Part shown: one piece after another, positions 1-8,284 of the stretch
Layout of the letters: every line of letters begins with the position of its first letter
Position numbering within the stretch: the first letter of the stretch is position 1
Source: Nitrospinales bacterium
GTDB taxonomy: Bacteria > Nitrospinota > Nitrospinia > Nitrospinales > VA-1
Length of the DNA stretch: 64,000 nt
NCBI GenBank assembly: GCA_965223345.1
Contig: CBDCWG010000001.1
Span: forward strand, 216,751-280,750
Reading direction: 5' to 3'
Translations under genes and position numbers: made by a program
The notes under the pieces: model-generated
Database searches by the model: none
What the model was told of the DNA's origin: nothing
What the model saw: the letters and a program-made list of their open reading frames with translations, nothing else

Positions 1-1
1 A

Positions 2-1822
2 CAGGGGATTGTTCATCTCGTGCGCGATCCCCGCGGCCAGGGTGCCCAGCCCCGATAATTTTTCCGCCATCGTCAGTTGATCCTGCAGAGCTTTTTCCTC
101 ACTGATCTCCTTCATCAGCAATCCGATGCGCTGCCTGTCCTCGATCGAGAGCGCCACGTCGAAGAACTGGTAGGCGAACGTGCGCGAACCCAGCGTCAGG
201 ATGGAAGCGGAATGTGAGGACAGGGCCGGCTGCTGCGGCGCCAGCGGGTCCCGCGGAACGCCCCGGTTCGGGGAAGCGGGCCCCGATGAAGCTTGTTCCC
301 GGTTGCCGTTGTCGCAATAGGCTTTCAACTCCGGCAGCGTGCCGAGCCACGCCTCCTTGAATTCTAGATCGACCGCCTCCAGCGGTTTGTCGATCACGTC
401 ATCGCCGCGCTTGCCGGTGAGCGTTTCGAAAGCGGAATTGACGTATTCGATTTTCAATTCGTCGTTGAAGATGACCAGGATATCGGGAACGCTCATCAGG
501 ATGCTTTCGGTGTATTCCTGCAGGAAGCGCACCTCCTTGGTTTTCTCGCGCACTTTCTCTTCCAGGCCGTAGAAGGATTTTTTCAGCATCGCGTTCATCG
601 AGTTGATCTCTTTGGCGAGCGACTCGATTTCATCCCCGGTGGGGATGTTCAGAGGCTCGACCTCTTCGCCCCGGCCGATGCGCGCGGCCACGTTCTGCAC
701 CTGGCGGATCGGTTTCACGATGCGGTTGGATGCGAGCGACCCCATGATCACGATCAGCAGAATCGAAATGAAGCCCGCCGTCGAAATCCAGAGAAACAGT
801 TTTTCCATCGGCGCGAACAACTCTTCCGACGACTGCCAGGCAAAGGTGTACCAGGTGTCGCCGGTGGACTTGATCTTGTAAACGTTCGTCTCATCGAGCG
901 GGGAAAAGCCGATGATCGACAGCTCCTTGCTGCCGTGCCCGTCTCCCTGCGTGAGCGCCCAGCTCGCCTCGGGCTTAGTGACGCTCTGCACCAGTTCGGG
1001 GTCCGCCAGTTGGAATCCGGTGGGCAGGATGGGGCAGTCGATCACCACGCCCTTGGAATCGATCAGCATCACATGCCCCGTATCGCCGAACAGGATGGGC
1101 TCGATCAGATGCGAGAAAAATTCCTTGGCCCGGTAGACCCGGTAGAACACACCCGCGATGGAACCGTCGTGATCGTGAATTGGCAGCGAAAGCAGAAACC
1201 CGTGCTGTTCGATTTCCGGGATGTCAAAAAGGGGGCCGATGTAGGCGAAGCCTGCGCCGCCCGAAAACGGTTTGGAAAATTCCGGCAGGTGCCCGTAGAG
1301 ATAATCGGGAAAATGATTGATGCTCGACAGCAGAACGCCGCGCGCATCCGTGATGAAAATGGCGTGCGTGGTGCGGTTGGAAATCGTGTCTCTTTTTAAA
1401 AAGCTCCGCAGCACCCGGCTGCCGTTGTTGTTCAGGATGTGATCCATGCTGGGATCTTTTTTCGCCCACAGGTCCGCCTGTTCCGCAAACAGTTCTTCAA
1501 ACCGGTCGGGCTCCAGGTCCCAGGTGATCTGGCTGTGTGCGCGCGCTTTTAAAAGCAGGGTGGGGTGCGTGGTGAGGCGGATGTCTTTTTCGATTTCCTC
1601 TTTCATGATGAAATCGAGCTTGGTCGAAGTCTCGTAAGCCAGCGCCTGAAAACTCGAACCCATCACGTTCTGCAGCGACTTGTTGCCCTGCACATAAGAC
1701 AGTCCCATGGCCAGCAGCAAGGGCAGGGTCCCCACCGCGATCATGGTGAGGATCAATTTGTTTTTCAATCCCTTCTTGGGAGCGGGATGCAAAGGCGCGC
1801 CCGCGGATTTTTGTTCGTTCAT
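2..1822 (-). CDS. Membrane sensor histidine kinase (TM, periplasmic Cache-like, TM/HAMP, PAS, HisKA); runs off the left edge
   Basis: Not in the ORF track (no stop inside the window). Read manually: ATG at 1822, MNEQKS...KLILTMIAVGTLPLLLAMGL (TM). At the window edge, in the same frame, QLTMAEKLSGLGTLAAGIAHEMNNPL is an H-box. Confidence 0.9.
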   Translation of the reverse strand, partial: MNEQKSAGAPLHPAPKKGLKNKLILTMIAVGTLPLLLAMGLSYVQGNKSLQNVMGSSFQALAYETSTKLDFIMKEEIEKDIRLTTHPTLLLKARAHSQITWDLEPDRFEELFAEQADLWAKKDPSMDHILNNNGSRVLRSFLKRDTISNRTTHAIFITDARGVLLSSINHFPDYLYGHLPEFSKPFSGGAGFAYIGPLFDIPEIEQHGFLLSLPIHDHDGSIAGVFYRVYRAKEFFSHLIEPILFGDTGHVMLIDSKGVVIDCPILPTGFQLADPELVQSVTKPEASWALTQGDGHGSKELSIIGFSPLDETNVYKIKSTGDTWYTFAWQSSEELFAPMEKLFLWISTAGFISILLIVIMGSLASNRIVKPIRQVQNVAARIGRGEEVEPLNIPTGDEIESLAKEINSMNAMLKKSFYGLEEKVREKTKEVRFLQEYTESILMSVPDILVIFNDELKIEYVNSAFETLTGKRGDDVIDKPLEAVDLEFKEAWLGTLPELKAYCDNGNREQASSGPASPNRGVPRDPLAPQQPALSSHSASILTLGSRTFAYQFFDVALSIEDRQRIGLLMKEISEEKALQDQLTMAEKLSGLGTLAAGIAHEMNNPL

Positions 1823-1901
1823 GACCGGCCTGTCCCAGAGATCGCACATCGAATCGGATGGCTGCACCGATGCCGCTCCGGCAAAACCCTTGAAATACCC
1901 C

Positions 1902-1930
1902 TTGACAGGTTTTGGGCGCGGACCTAGCTT
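1902..1930 (+). promoter_or_regulatory. Sigma70-like promoter upstream of the response regulator
   Basis: TTGACA (1902-1907), 17-nt spacer, TAGCTT (1925-1930). Confidence 0.5.
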
Positions 1931-2154
1931 TAGAGGACCATCCAAATCAATGATAGGCATGGTGCCTTGATTTCGCAACCTTTTGTGATTCGGGCTTTCA
2001 GGAAGGAGACGGTGGGCGGGTTCAAAAGCCTCGTGGGAGTAAAACCGGCGGGAGGGGGGTCGCCGCTCAAGGAACGATCCGCATGCCAGCGCCTTGCCCT
2101 GGCAGGATCATCAGGCGTTTCGTGAGTTTGACATTTCTGAAAGGGAGTCGAAAA

Positions 2155-2550
2155 ATGATTACAGGAAAAATACTGATCGTTGACGACGAGCAGGATGTGA
2201 GAGACGTGATCCGGGTGCATCTCAATAAGGAAGGGTTTTTCACACTGGAAGCGGAAAACGGAGAGCAGGCCATCGACGTCCTGCGCGAGGGAGACAACAT
2301 GATCAACGTCGGGGTGATCCTGTGCGACATCCGCATGCCCAAAGTGAACGGCATCGAATGCATCGATTTTCTCCGGAAAGAGGCTCCCGGAATTCCCATC
2401 GTGGTGGTGACTGGTTATCCCGACACCGAGATGGCCACCTCGCTCATGAAAAAAGGCGTCAAGGAGTACCTGGTCAAACCGGTGGAACGCGAAAAGCTTG
2501 TGGATACCGTCCGCCGCCTGATAAAAGCCGGTAAAGAGATCGAGTTTTAG
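2155..2550 (+). CDS. Single-domain response regulator (CheY-like receiver)
   Basis: ILIVDD, CDIRMP (phosphoacceptor Asp), VTG and KP motifs; AAGGGAG RBS before ATG 2155. Confidence 0.92.
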   Translation: MITGKILIVDDEQDVRDVIRVHLNKEGFFTLEAENGEQAIDVLREGDNMINVGVILCDIRMPKVNGIECIDFLRKEAPGIPIVVVTGYPDTEMATSLMKKGVKEYLVKPVEREKLVDTVRRLIKAGKEIEF

Positions 2551-2612
2551 ATCCGGGGTGAAAAGGCCGGAGAATCCGCCCGTTTTCGCAAAACGCTCCA
2601 AAGGAGCAGAAA

Positions 2613-2651
2613 GGCTTTGCAACCGTTTCGGATTGCAAAGCCTTTTTTTTT
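2613..2651 (+). terminator. Intrinsic terminator after the response regulator
   Basis: GGCTTTGCAA / TTGCAAAGCC 10-bp stem followed by 9 T. Confidence 0.8.
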
Positions 2652-2672
2652 GGTCTAAATTGATGCCCAGTT

Positions 2673-3011
2673 ATGAAAATGATCAAATGTTACATTCGCT
2701 ATGAAAAACTGGAAGAGGTGAGGGAGAAACTTTTCCAACTGGGTGTGCCCGGCCTTTCCGTGCTGGATGTGAAGGGAATCGGCAAGCCGATGAGCCAGTT
2801 GAAGTCCGAGGTCGATTCCAAGATCCCGCAGTTTCATCCCCGCGTCGAGATCACGGTCGTGCTGGAAGACGGGGCCGTGGAGGAAGTGATCCAGACCCTG
2901 GTCAAGACCGTCCAGACCGGTTCCCTGGGCGACGGCAAAATCTTCGTGCTCCCGGTGGAGGAAGCCGTACGCATTCGAACGGGAGAGAGGGGCGAGCAAG
3001 CGCTTTATTGA
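2673..3011 (+). CDS. P-II family signalling protein with a non-canonical T-loop
   Basis: 112 aa; TGSLGDGKIFV and RIRTGE P-II signatures; lacks the Q39, Y51 and K58 equivalents. Confidence 0.9.
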   Translation: MKMIKCYIRYEKLEEVREKLFQLGVPGLSVLDVKGIGKPMSQLKSEVDSKIPQFHPRVEITVVLEDGAVEEVIQTLVKTVQTGSLGDGKIFVLPVEEAVRIRTGERGEQALY

Positions 3012-3697
3012 TTGCAGACAACCTCAAAGCCGTGCAGCAGCGAATCGAGGCCGCCGCCCGCAAAGCCGGCCGCCCTCCGGAAACCGTGCATCTGGTCGTC
3101 GTCAGCAAAACCCGGTCTGTGGATGAGATCCTGGAAGCCCACAACGCGGGAGCGGAATTTTTCGGCGAGAACCGGGTGCAGGAAGCCTGCGACAAAATCG
3201 ACCGGCTCGCTGACGAACGCATACGCTGGCACTTCATCGGGCATCTGCAGAAAAACAAGGTCAAGCGCATCGTCGGCCGCACGGAATGCATCCATTCCGT
3301 GGACAGCGTTTCCCTCGCCGAGTCCATTTCCGAGAAAAGTGTCGAAGCGGGACGGGTCACGCCGATCCTGATCCAGGTCAACATTTCCGGCGAAGCCTCA
3401 AAATCCGGCATTGCGCCCGAATCCCTGGAAGACACCTTAAGGCAAGTGAGCGGGTTTCCCGGCGTGCGCGTGCAGGGCCTGATGACGATCCCGCCGCTGA
3501 ATCCCGACCCGGAACAGTCGCGGCCCTTTTTCGCCCGCCTCAGGCAGCTGCGGGACGACGCCGTCCGGATGCAGATCCCCGGCGTGTCGCTCGCGGAGCT
3601 CTCGATGGGCATGTCCAGCGATTTCGAAGTGGCCATCGAGGAGGGCGCGACCTGGGTGCGCGTGGGAACCGCCGTCTTCGGCGAACGCCCCGAATGA
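3008..3697 (+). CDS. yggS: PLP homeostasis protein (YggS/PLPBP)
   Basis: VVSKT, FGENRVQE, WHFIGHLQKNK, LSMGMSSDF, RVGTAVFG; TTGA overlap with the P-II stop. Confidence 0.95.
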   Translation: MIADNLKAVQQRIEAAARKAGRPPETVHLVVVSKTRSVDEILEAHNAGAEFFGENRVQEACDKIDRLADERIRWHFIGHLQKNKVKRIVGRTECIHSVDSVSLAESISEKSVEAGRVTPILIQVNISGEASKSGIAPESLEDTLRQVSGFPGVRVQGLMTIPPLNPDPEQSRPFFARLRQLRDDAVRMQIPGVSLAELSMGMSSDFEVAIEEGATWVRVGTAVFGERPE

Positions 3698-3739
3698 TTT
3701 GACGCGGCGACGCGTGCCGCCCGCCCGCAAAGCGGCGGG

Positions 3740-4672
3740 ATGGAAGACGAACACGATCAGGAGAAACCATCTGTGCTGACGAGTAAAAAACTGGGCTTCA
3801 TCGGCGGCGGCAACATGGCCGAAGCCATGATCAAAGGGCTGCTCTCCGCCTCGTTCATCGAAGCGAAGAACATCCTGGTGGCCGATCCTTTGGGCAGCCG
3901 CCTGGATTACCTGCGCTCCGAGTACCGCGTGCGCGTGACCGAGGACAACCGCGAGCTGGCGCAGAAAAGCGACATCCTCATACTGGCGGTCAAGCCGCAG
4001 GTCGCGCAGAGCGTGCTGGAAAACATCGGTGAGCTGGTGGACAACAAAAAGCTGCTGGTTTCCATCGCCGCCGGCGTCACCATGCGCAACATGGAAGAAG
4101 CGCTGGCGAAGAGCAATCCCAAGACCCGTTTCTGCATCGTGCGCACCATGCCCAACACCCCGGCGCTGGTGCAGGAAGGCGTGACGGCCATCGCCTCGGG
4201 CAAGAACGTCTCCAAGATGGACGTCAAGATCGCCCACCGCCTGTTCGAGGCCATCGGCAGCACCGTCGATGTGGACGAGATGCAGCTCGACGCCGTTACC
4301 GGTCTGTCCGGCAGCGGCCCGGCGTACATCTTCATGATCATCGAAGCCCTGTCCGACGCGGGTGTCAAAATGGGCCTGTCGCGCCGGGTGGCGAACATCC
4401 TCACTATCCAGACCGTGCTCGGGTCCGCCAAGCTGGCGCGCGAAAGCGGCAAGCACCCCGGCGAGCTCAAGGACATGGTCACCTCACCCGGCGGCACCTC
4501 GATCTCCGGACTGCACACCCTGGAAGCCGGCGGCCTGCGCACCACGCTGATGAACGCCGTCGAAGACGCCACCCGCCGCTCGCTCGATCTGGGCAAACAG
4601 CCGCAGAACCATCACCGCAGCGAGGAGTCCCCCGAGAGCGATCCCGGCAAGGACAGTCCTAAGGATGTGTGA
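3740..4672 (+). CDS. proC: Pyrroline-5-carboxylate reductase
   Basis: GFIGGGNMA, LAVKPQ, RTMPNTP, SGSGPAY, VTSPGGT; usual yggS-proC synteny. Confidence 0.95.
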   Translation: MEDEHDQEKPSVLTSKKLGFIGGGNMAEAMIKGLLSASFIEAKNILVADPLGSRLDYLRSEYRVRVTEDNRELAQKSDILILAVKPQVAQSVLENIGELVDNKKLLVSIAAGVTMRNMEEALAKSNPKTRFCIVRTMPNTPALVQEGVTAIASGKNVSKMDVKIAHRLFEAIGSTVDVDEMQLDAVTGLSGSGPAYIFMIIEALSDAGVKMGLSRRVANILTIQTVLGSAKLARESGKHPGELKDMVTSPGGTSISGLHTLEAGGLRTTLMNAVEDATRRSLDLGKQPQNHHRSEESPESDPGKDSPKDV

Positions 4673-4692
4673 GTGAGGTAAGACCTGTTTAA

Positions 4693-5184
4693 TTAGGGTC
4701 CGTTCATGCTAAGTCTGCTGAATTCGCCACTATCCGGATCATAAACGATTCCCCAAAATGGCTCACCCCCATCACAAAATATGACTGCGTAGAGACTTCG
4801 ATCGCCCCGAGTGTGCTCGTCCTCTGGATAGAAATTTCCATAAATCAGTCGCTTGCCTTTCTCGTAGAATCCGACATATTGGCTTAAGTAAATTTCGTCT
4901 GTTGGAGGGTGTCTTTCTTCAGCATTCCGGAATTTTTCGAGGAAGATATAGAGACGTGTTTCAAGTTCCTTGATTTGAATTTTGTCAGGCTTCCAGAAAA
5001 GCCCTTTTTCAGGAATTGGAGCGCTCCTTGAGCACTGATCAAAAAGCTTGGATGCTTGGGTGGGGTCGAGTAGGTGCGCTCCATCCTTCGCCAACATATA
5101 TTGGGAAGTTTTTCCTGTTTGGGCGGAGACAAAGACCAAGCATAGGAGCCAAATAATAGCGAGAACGGGGGCAGCTGTTTTCAC
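4693..5184 (-). CDS. Hypothetical exported protein, AT-richer than its neighbours
   Basis: Hydrophobic N-terminus; the probable GTG start overlaps the upstream TGA (GTGA, 5181-5184). Confidence 0.6.
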   Translation of the reverse strand: MKTAAPVLAIIWLLCLVFVSAQTGKTSQYMLAKDGAHLLDPTQASKLFDQCSRSAPIPEKGLFWKPDKIQIKELETRLYIFLEKFRNAEERHPPTDEIYLSQYVGFYEKGKRLIYGNFYPEDEHTRGDRSLYAVIFCDGGEPFWGIVYDPDSGEFSRLSMNGP

Positions 5185-5414
5185 TTGGAGCGGAATTTTT
5201 CCCATTCGCCCCAGGCGACGATCGCAAAACCGATGAACAACAGCCAGGTGGGATGCAGCACGTGTTCCGGTTTGGTGAAGTACAGGATGAACATGATCGC
5301 CACGCCGCTCATCGTGACGGTCAGCCCGGTGTAGACCGCGGCCAAACCCTTGGCGAAGCGGTCCGGGTCTTTCAGTTCTTTGCGGATTTCCGGTCTCAGC
5401 TCAACTTTCCACAT
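5181..5414 (-). CDS. Small two-TM membrane protein
   Basis: 77 aa, two hydrophobic segments, host-like codon usage. Confidence 0.7.
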   Translation of the reverse strand: MWKVELRPEIRKELKDPDRFAKGLAAVYTGLTVTMSGVAIMFILYFTKPEHVLHPTWLLFIGFAIVAWGEWEKFRSK

Positions 5415-5471
5415 TTTTCACTCGATCGATTTAGATTTCCGATAGGAGACCTTTGCCTAAGTCGTCATCTT

Positions 5472-5531
5472 TGTCATGCTGAGCCTGTCGAAGCATGACT
5501 CTGTGCACCCTTCGACAAGCTCAGGGTGACA
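5472..5531. repeat. REP-like imperfect palindrome
   Basis: TGTCATGCTGAGCCTGTCGAAG ... CTTCGACAAGCTCAGGGTGACA, 22-bp arms with 3 mismatches, immediately after the larE stop. Confidence 0.75.
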
Positions 5532-5533
5532 TT

Positions 5534-6355
5534 TCAACCCTTCGTCGTTTTAGTGAGCGCCTCGTTCAGCCGTCCCGAACGAAAGCCCTCCGGATCGAGG
5601 ACGATGTCGCGAAAGCCGATTTCCTGAAAACGCCGCCGCACGGTTTCCTGAATCGAACCGGTGAGAAACCGCGGGATGGCTTCCTTCTCCAGTTCGATGC
5701 GCGCCACATCGCCCAGATGCCGCACCCTGAGCTGGGAAAAATCCAGCGACAGCAGAAAATCCTCCGCCCGCTCGATCATCAAGAGCTTTTCCTCCGAGAT
5801 CAGTTCGCCGTACGGCACTCTTGAGGAAAGACAGGGCATGGCGGGTTTTTCCCAGTTGGAAAGGCCCAGCTCCCGCGCCAGCTGCCGCACCTCCTGCTTG
5901 CTCAAATCCGCGTCCGCCAGCGGGCTGACCACCCCCGCTTCCTGTGCCGCGCCGATGCCGGGCCGGTGATCGCCCAGGTCGTCGCGGTTGATGCCGTTCG
6001 CCACGTACGCGAAGCCTCTCTCGGCGGCCACCGCCAGCAGCTTGCCGTACAACTCGGATTTGCAGTAATAGCAGCGGTTGGCCGGGTTTTCCCGGTAGCG
6101 GGCATCGGTGATTTCTGCGGTTGGCACGATTCGATGTTCGACGCCGATCTCATCGGCCAGCCGGCGGCTCACCGCCAGTTCGCGCGCGGCGACGCTGGGG
6201 GACTGCGCGGTGACGGCCAGCGTCCGGTCTCCCAGAACCGCTTTGCACAGCGCCAGCACCAGCGTGCTGTCCACCCCGCCGGAAAACGCCACCACCACGC
6301 TTTTAAGGTCGCGGATCGAGGCGCGCAGGCGGTCGTGTTTTTGAGCGAGCGTCAT
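5534..6355 (-). CDS. larE: LarE-family ATP-dependent sulfur transferase (PP-loop)
   Basis: AFSGGVDS PP-loop, RCYYCK, DHRPG, PCLSSR, RVRH, GFRSG; start taken at MTLAQK. Confidence 0.9.
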   Translation of the reverse strand: MTLAQKHDRLRASIRDLKSVVVAFSGGVDSTLVLALCKAVLGDRTLAVTAQSPSVAARELAVSRRLADEIGVEHRIVPTAEITDARYRENPANRCYYCKSELYGKLLAVAAERGFAYVANGINRDDLGDHRPGIGAAQEAGVVSPLADADLSKQEVRQLARELGLSNWEKPAMPCLSSRVPYGELISEEKLLMIERAEDFLLSLDFSQLRVRHLGDVARIELEKEAIPRFLTGSIQETVRRRFQEIGFRDIVLDPEGFRSGRLNEALTKTTKG

Positions 6356-6412
6356 GGTGGCACGTTCATGCGATTGAATGAAAAGAAAAACAGGGTAGCA
6401 CAAAGAGGGGAG

Positions 6413-6452
6413 GAAAAAAATATCCGGAGGCGGCCTGGCGACCACCTCCGGA
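6413..6452 (-). terminator. Intrinsic terminator on the minus strand
   Basis: Minus strand TCCGGAGGTGGTC-GCCA-GGCCGCCTCCGGA followed by TATTTTTTT. Confidence 0.65.
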
Positions 6453-6756
6453 ATTTTGAGAGGGAGAATCTGTGAAATACCGTAGAGAAGAATCTCTATA
6501 CTTCCAGTATCGAATGAAACGGTGGTCTTCATCAATGCCCGGCCGCGCAAAATCGCAGCGCCGGGATGAGGACAGGGGCCCACCCCGCAGCGGGGTATTT
6601 CAAAACCTTCGTAAATAAAGCGTTTCAGGTCTCGGGTGGCGGGGCAGGGGGTCTGCACCCGGTGGCAAGGATTGCACGGATTGAAACAAGGGGGAATCGA
6701 GGCGGACGAACGCAAGCGTCGCGCTCAGATATTCAGGAAGTGGCCGTTTTGCCCAA

Positions 6757-7764
6757 CTAGCCGCCGATGGCGTGCATCGCCCGGGTGGGCCGTTCGAAAT
6801 CGTCCAGGTTGATCTTGTGGCCCGGTTCCTTGATGGCCACCGCGTCGCGGATCCGCTGCGTGATGTCCGCATCCGAAGCGCCGCTGCGGATCAACTCCTT
6901 GAGATTGGTTTCCTGCGTCGAGAACAGGCAGGTGCGCAGTTTGCCGTCGGCGGTCATGCGGATGCGGTTGCAGTGATCGCAGAACGGGTTGCTGACCGCG
7001 GTGATGATGCCGATCTTGCCCTTGCCGTCGGCGAATTTGAATTCGCTGGCCGGGCCGATCTCCAGCGAGTTTTCGATCGGGATCAACTCGTGCTTCTCGC
7101 GGATGAGATCGACGATCTCATGGCCGAACAGCACCTTGTCGCGTTCCCACACCTTGTCCGAGTCCAGCGGCATGAATTCGATGAACCGCACCTCGAAGCC
7201 GTCCGAGCGGCCCATGTCGATCAGGCGCAGGATTTCGCTTTCCGAGAAATTGCGCATCGCCACCGCGTTGATCTTGATCGATTCGTAGCCGGCGTCCGAC
7301 GCCGCCTTGAGGCCCAGAAGCACCTGGTCGAGACAGTCGCGCCGGTTGACGTGCGCGAATTTTTCCGGGTCCAGCGCGTCGAGGCTGACGTTGAGCCGCT
7401 TGAGCCCCGCATCGTACAGGTCCTTCGCCTGATCCTTGAGGAAAAACGCGTTGGTGGTCATGGCGATGTCGTCGATCCCCTCGACGGCGGACAGCATGCG
7501 GATCAGCACCGGCAGGTCCTTGCGCATGGTGGGCTCGCCGCCCGTCAGGCGCAGCCGGTTGATCCCCATCTTGGAGACGATCGTCGCGACGCGGGTCAGC
7601 TCCTCGAAGGTGAGCAGCTTGCTGCGGTCCATGAACTCCACATTGTCCGCGGGCATGCAGTAAGTACAGCGGAAATTACAACGATCGGTCACGGAGATGC
7701 GCAGGTTGACGATGGTGCGTCCCATGCCGTCCACGAGTTTCGGCCGGTCTGTATGTTGGGTCAT
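6757..7764 (-). CDS. moaA: GTP 3',8-cyclase (molybdenum cofactor biosynthesis)
   Basis: LRISVTDRCNFRCTYCM, LTGGEP, FCDHCNRIR...C, C-terminal IGG. Confidence 0.97.
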   Translation of the reverse strand: MTQHTDRPKLVDGMGRTIVNLRISVTDRCNFRCTYCMPADNVEFMDRSKLLTFEELTRVATIVSKMGINRLRLTGGEPTMRKDLPVLIRMLSAVEGIDDIAMTTNAFFLKDQAKDLYDAGLKRLNVSLDALDPEKFAHVNRRDCLDQVLLGLKAASDAGYESIKINAVAMRNFSESEILRLIDMGRSDGFEVRFIEFMPLDSDKVWERDKVLFGHEIVDLIREKHELIPIENSLEIGPASEFKFADGKGKIGIITAVSNPFCDHCNRIRMTADGKLRTCLFSTQETNLKELIRSGASDADITQRIRDAVAIKEPGHKINLDDFERPTRAMHAIGG

Positions 7765-8174
7765 GGCGGAGTGCCCTTGTTTTAAAGCGTGAATTCAAAC
7801 GTTCCCGCGCATTTTCCTTAGAATCGCCGCAAGCGTTTTGATTCCCGAAGGCGGAGAACTTTGTGTGGTTCGATTATAGCCCCTTCGCTTTCAATCTGCA
7901 CCCAATATAGGCTCATCGCTTCTTAAATCAAACCATTTTCGCAACACACAGCCCGCACAAGCCAACAGGTGCTTTCTCAGCGGTTTCCGGCTAAACGCAT
8001 GATATTCAATGCGAAACGCGATGTTCACACTGAGGATCAACAATTGCGGCAAACTTGCCCCTTCCGAACTGCGCGTTCAAAGCCGCAAAACCGGCAGGGA
8101 AGGGGGTGGTTTTGCGTGTGAGATTCTTGCAAAAGAATCGGATCTTTCGGACTTCCGGTGCATCTTAATGACTG

Positions 8175-8203
8175 TTGAGATAAACAGGCAGAATCCTTAT
8201 ACT
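8175..8203 (+). promoter_or_regulatory. Sigma70-like promoter of the nifU-suf operon
   Basis: TTGAGA, 17-nt spacer, TATACT. Confidence 0.55.
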
Positions 8204-8284
8204 AAGGCGTGGAAAAACTTTCCATTATCCCTTTGAACCCATGCGGTGAAGGCGTGTCCTTCCCCCCTGACTCCCCCAATTCCG

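Noticed and set aside
6356..6715. Cys-rich 120-aa N-terminal extension of LarE
   Set aside because: It runs through a terminator hairpin and AT-rich spacer; LarE homology starts at MTLAQK.
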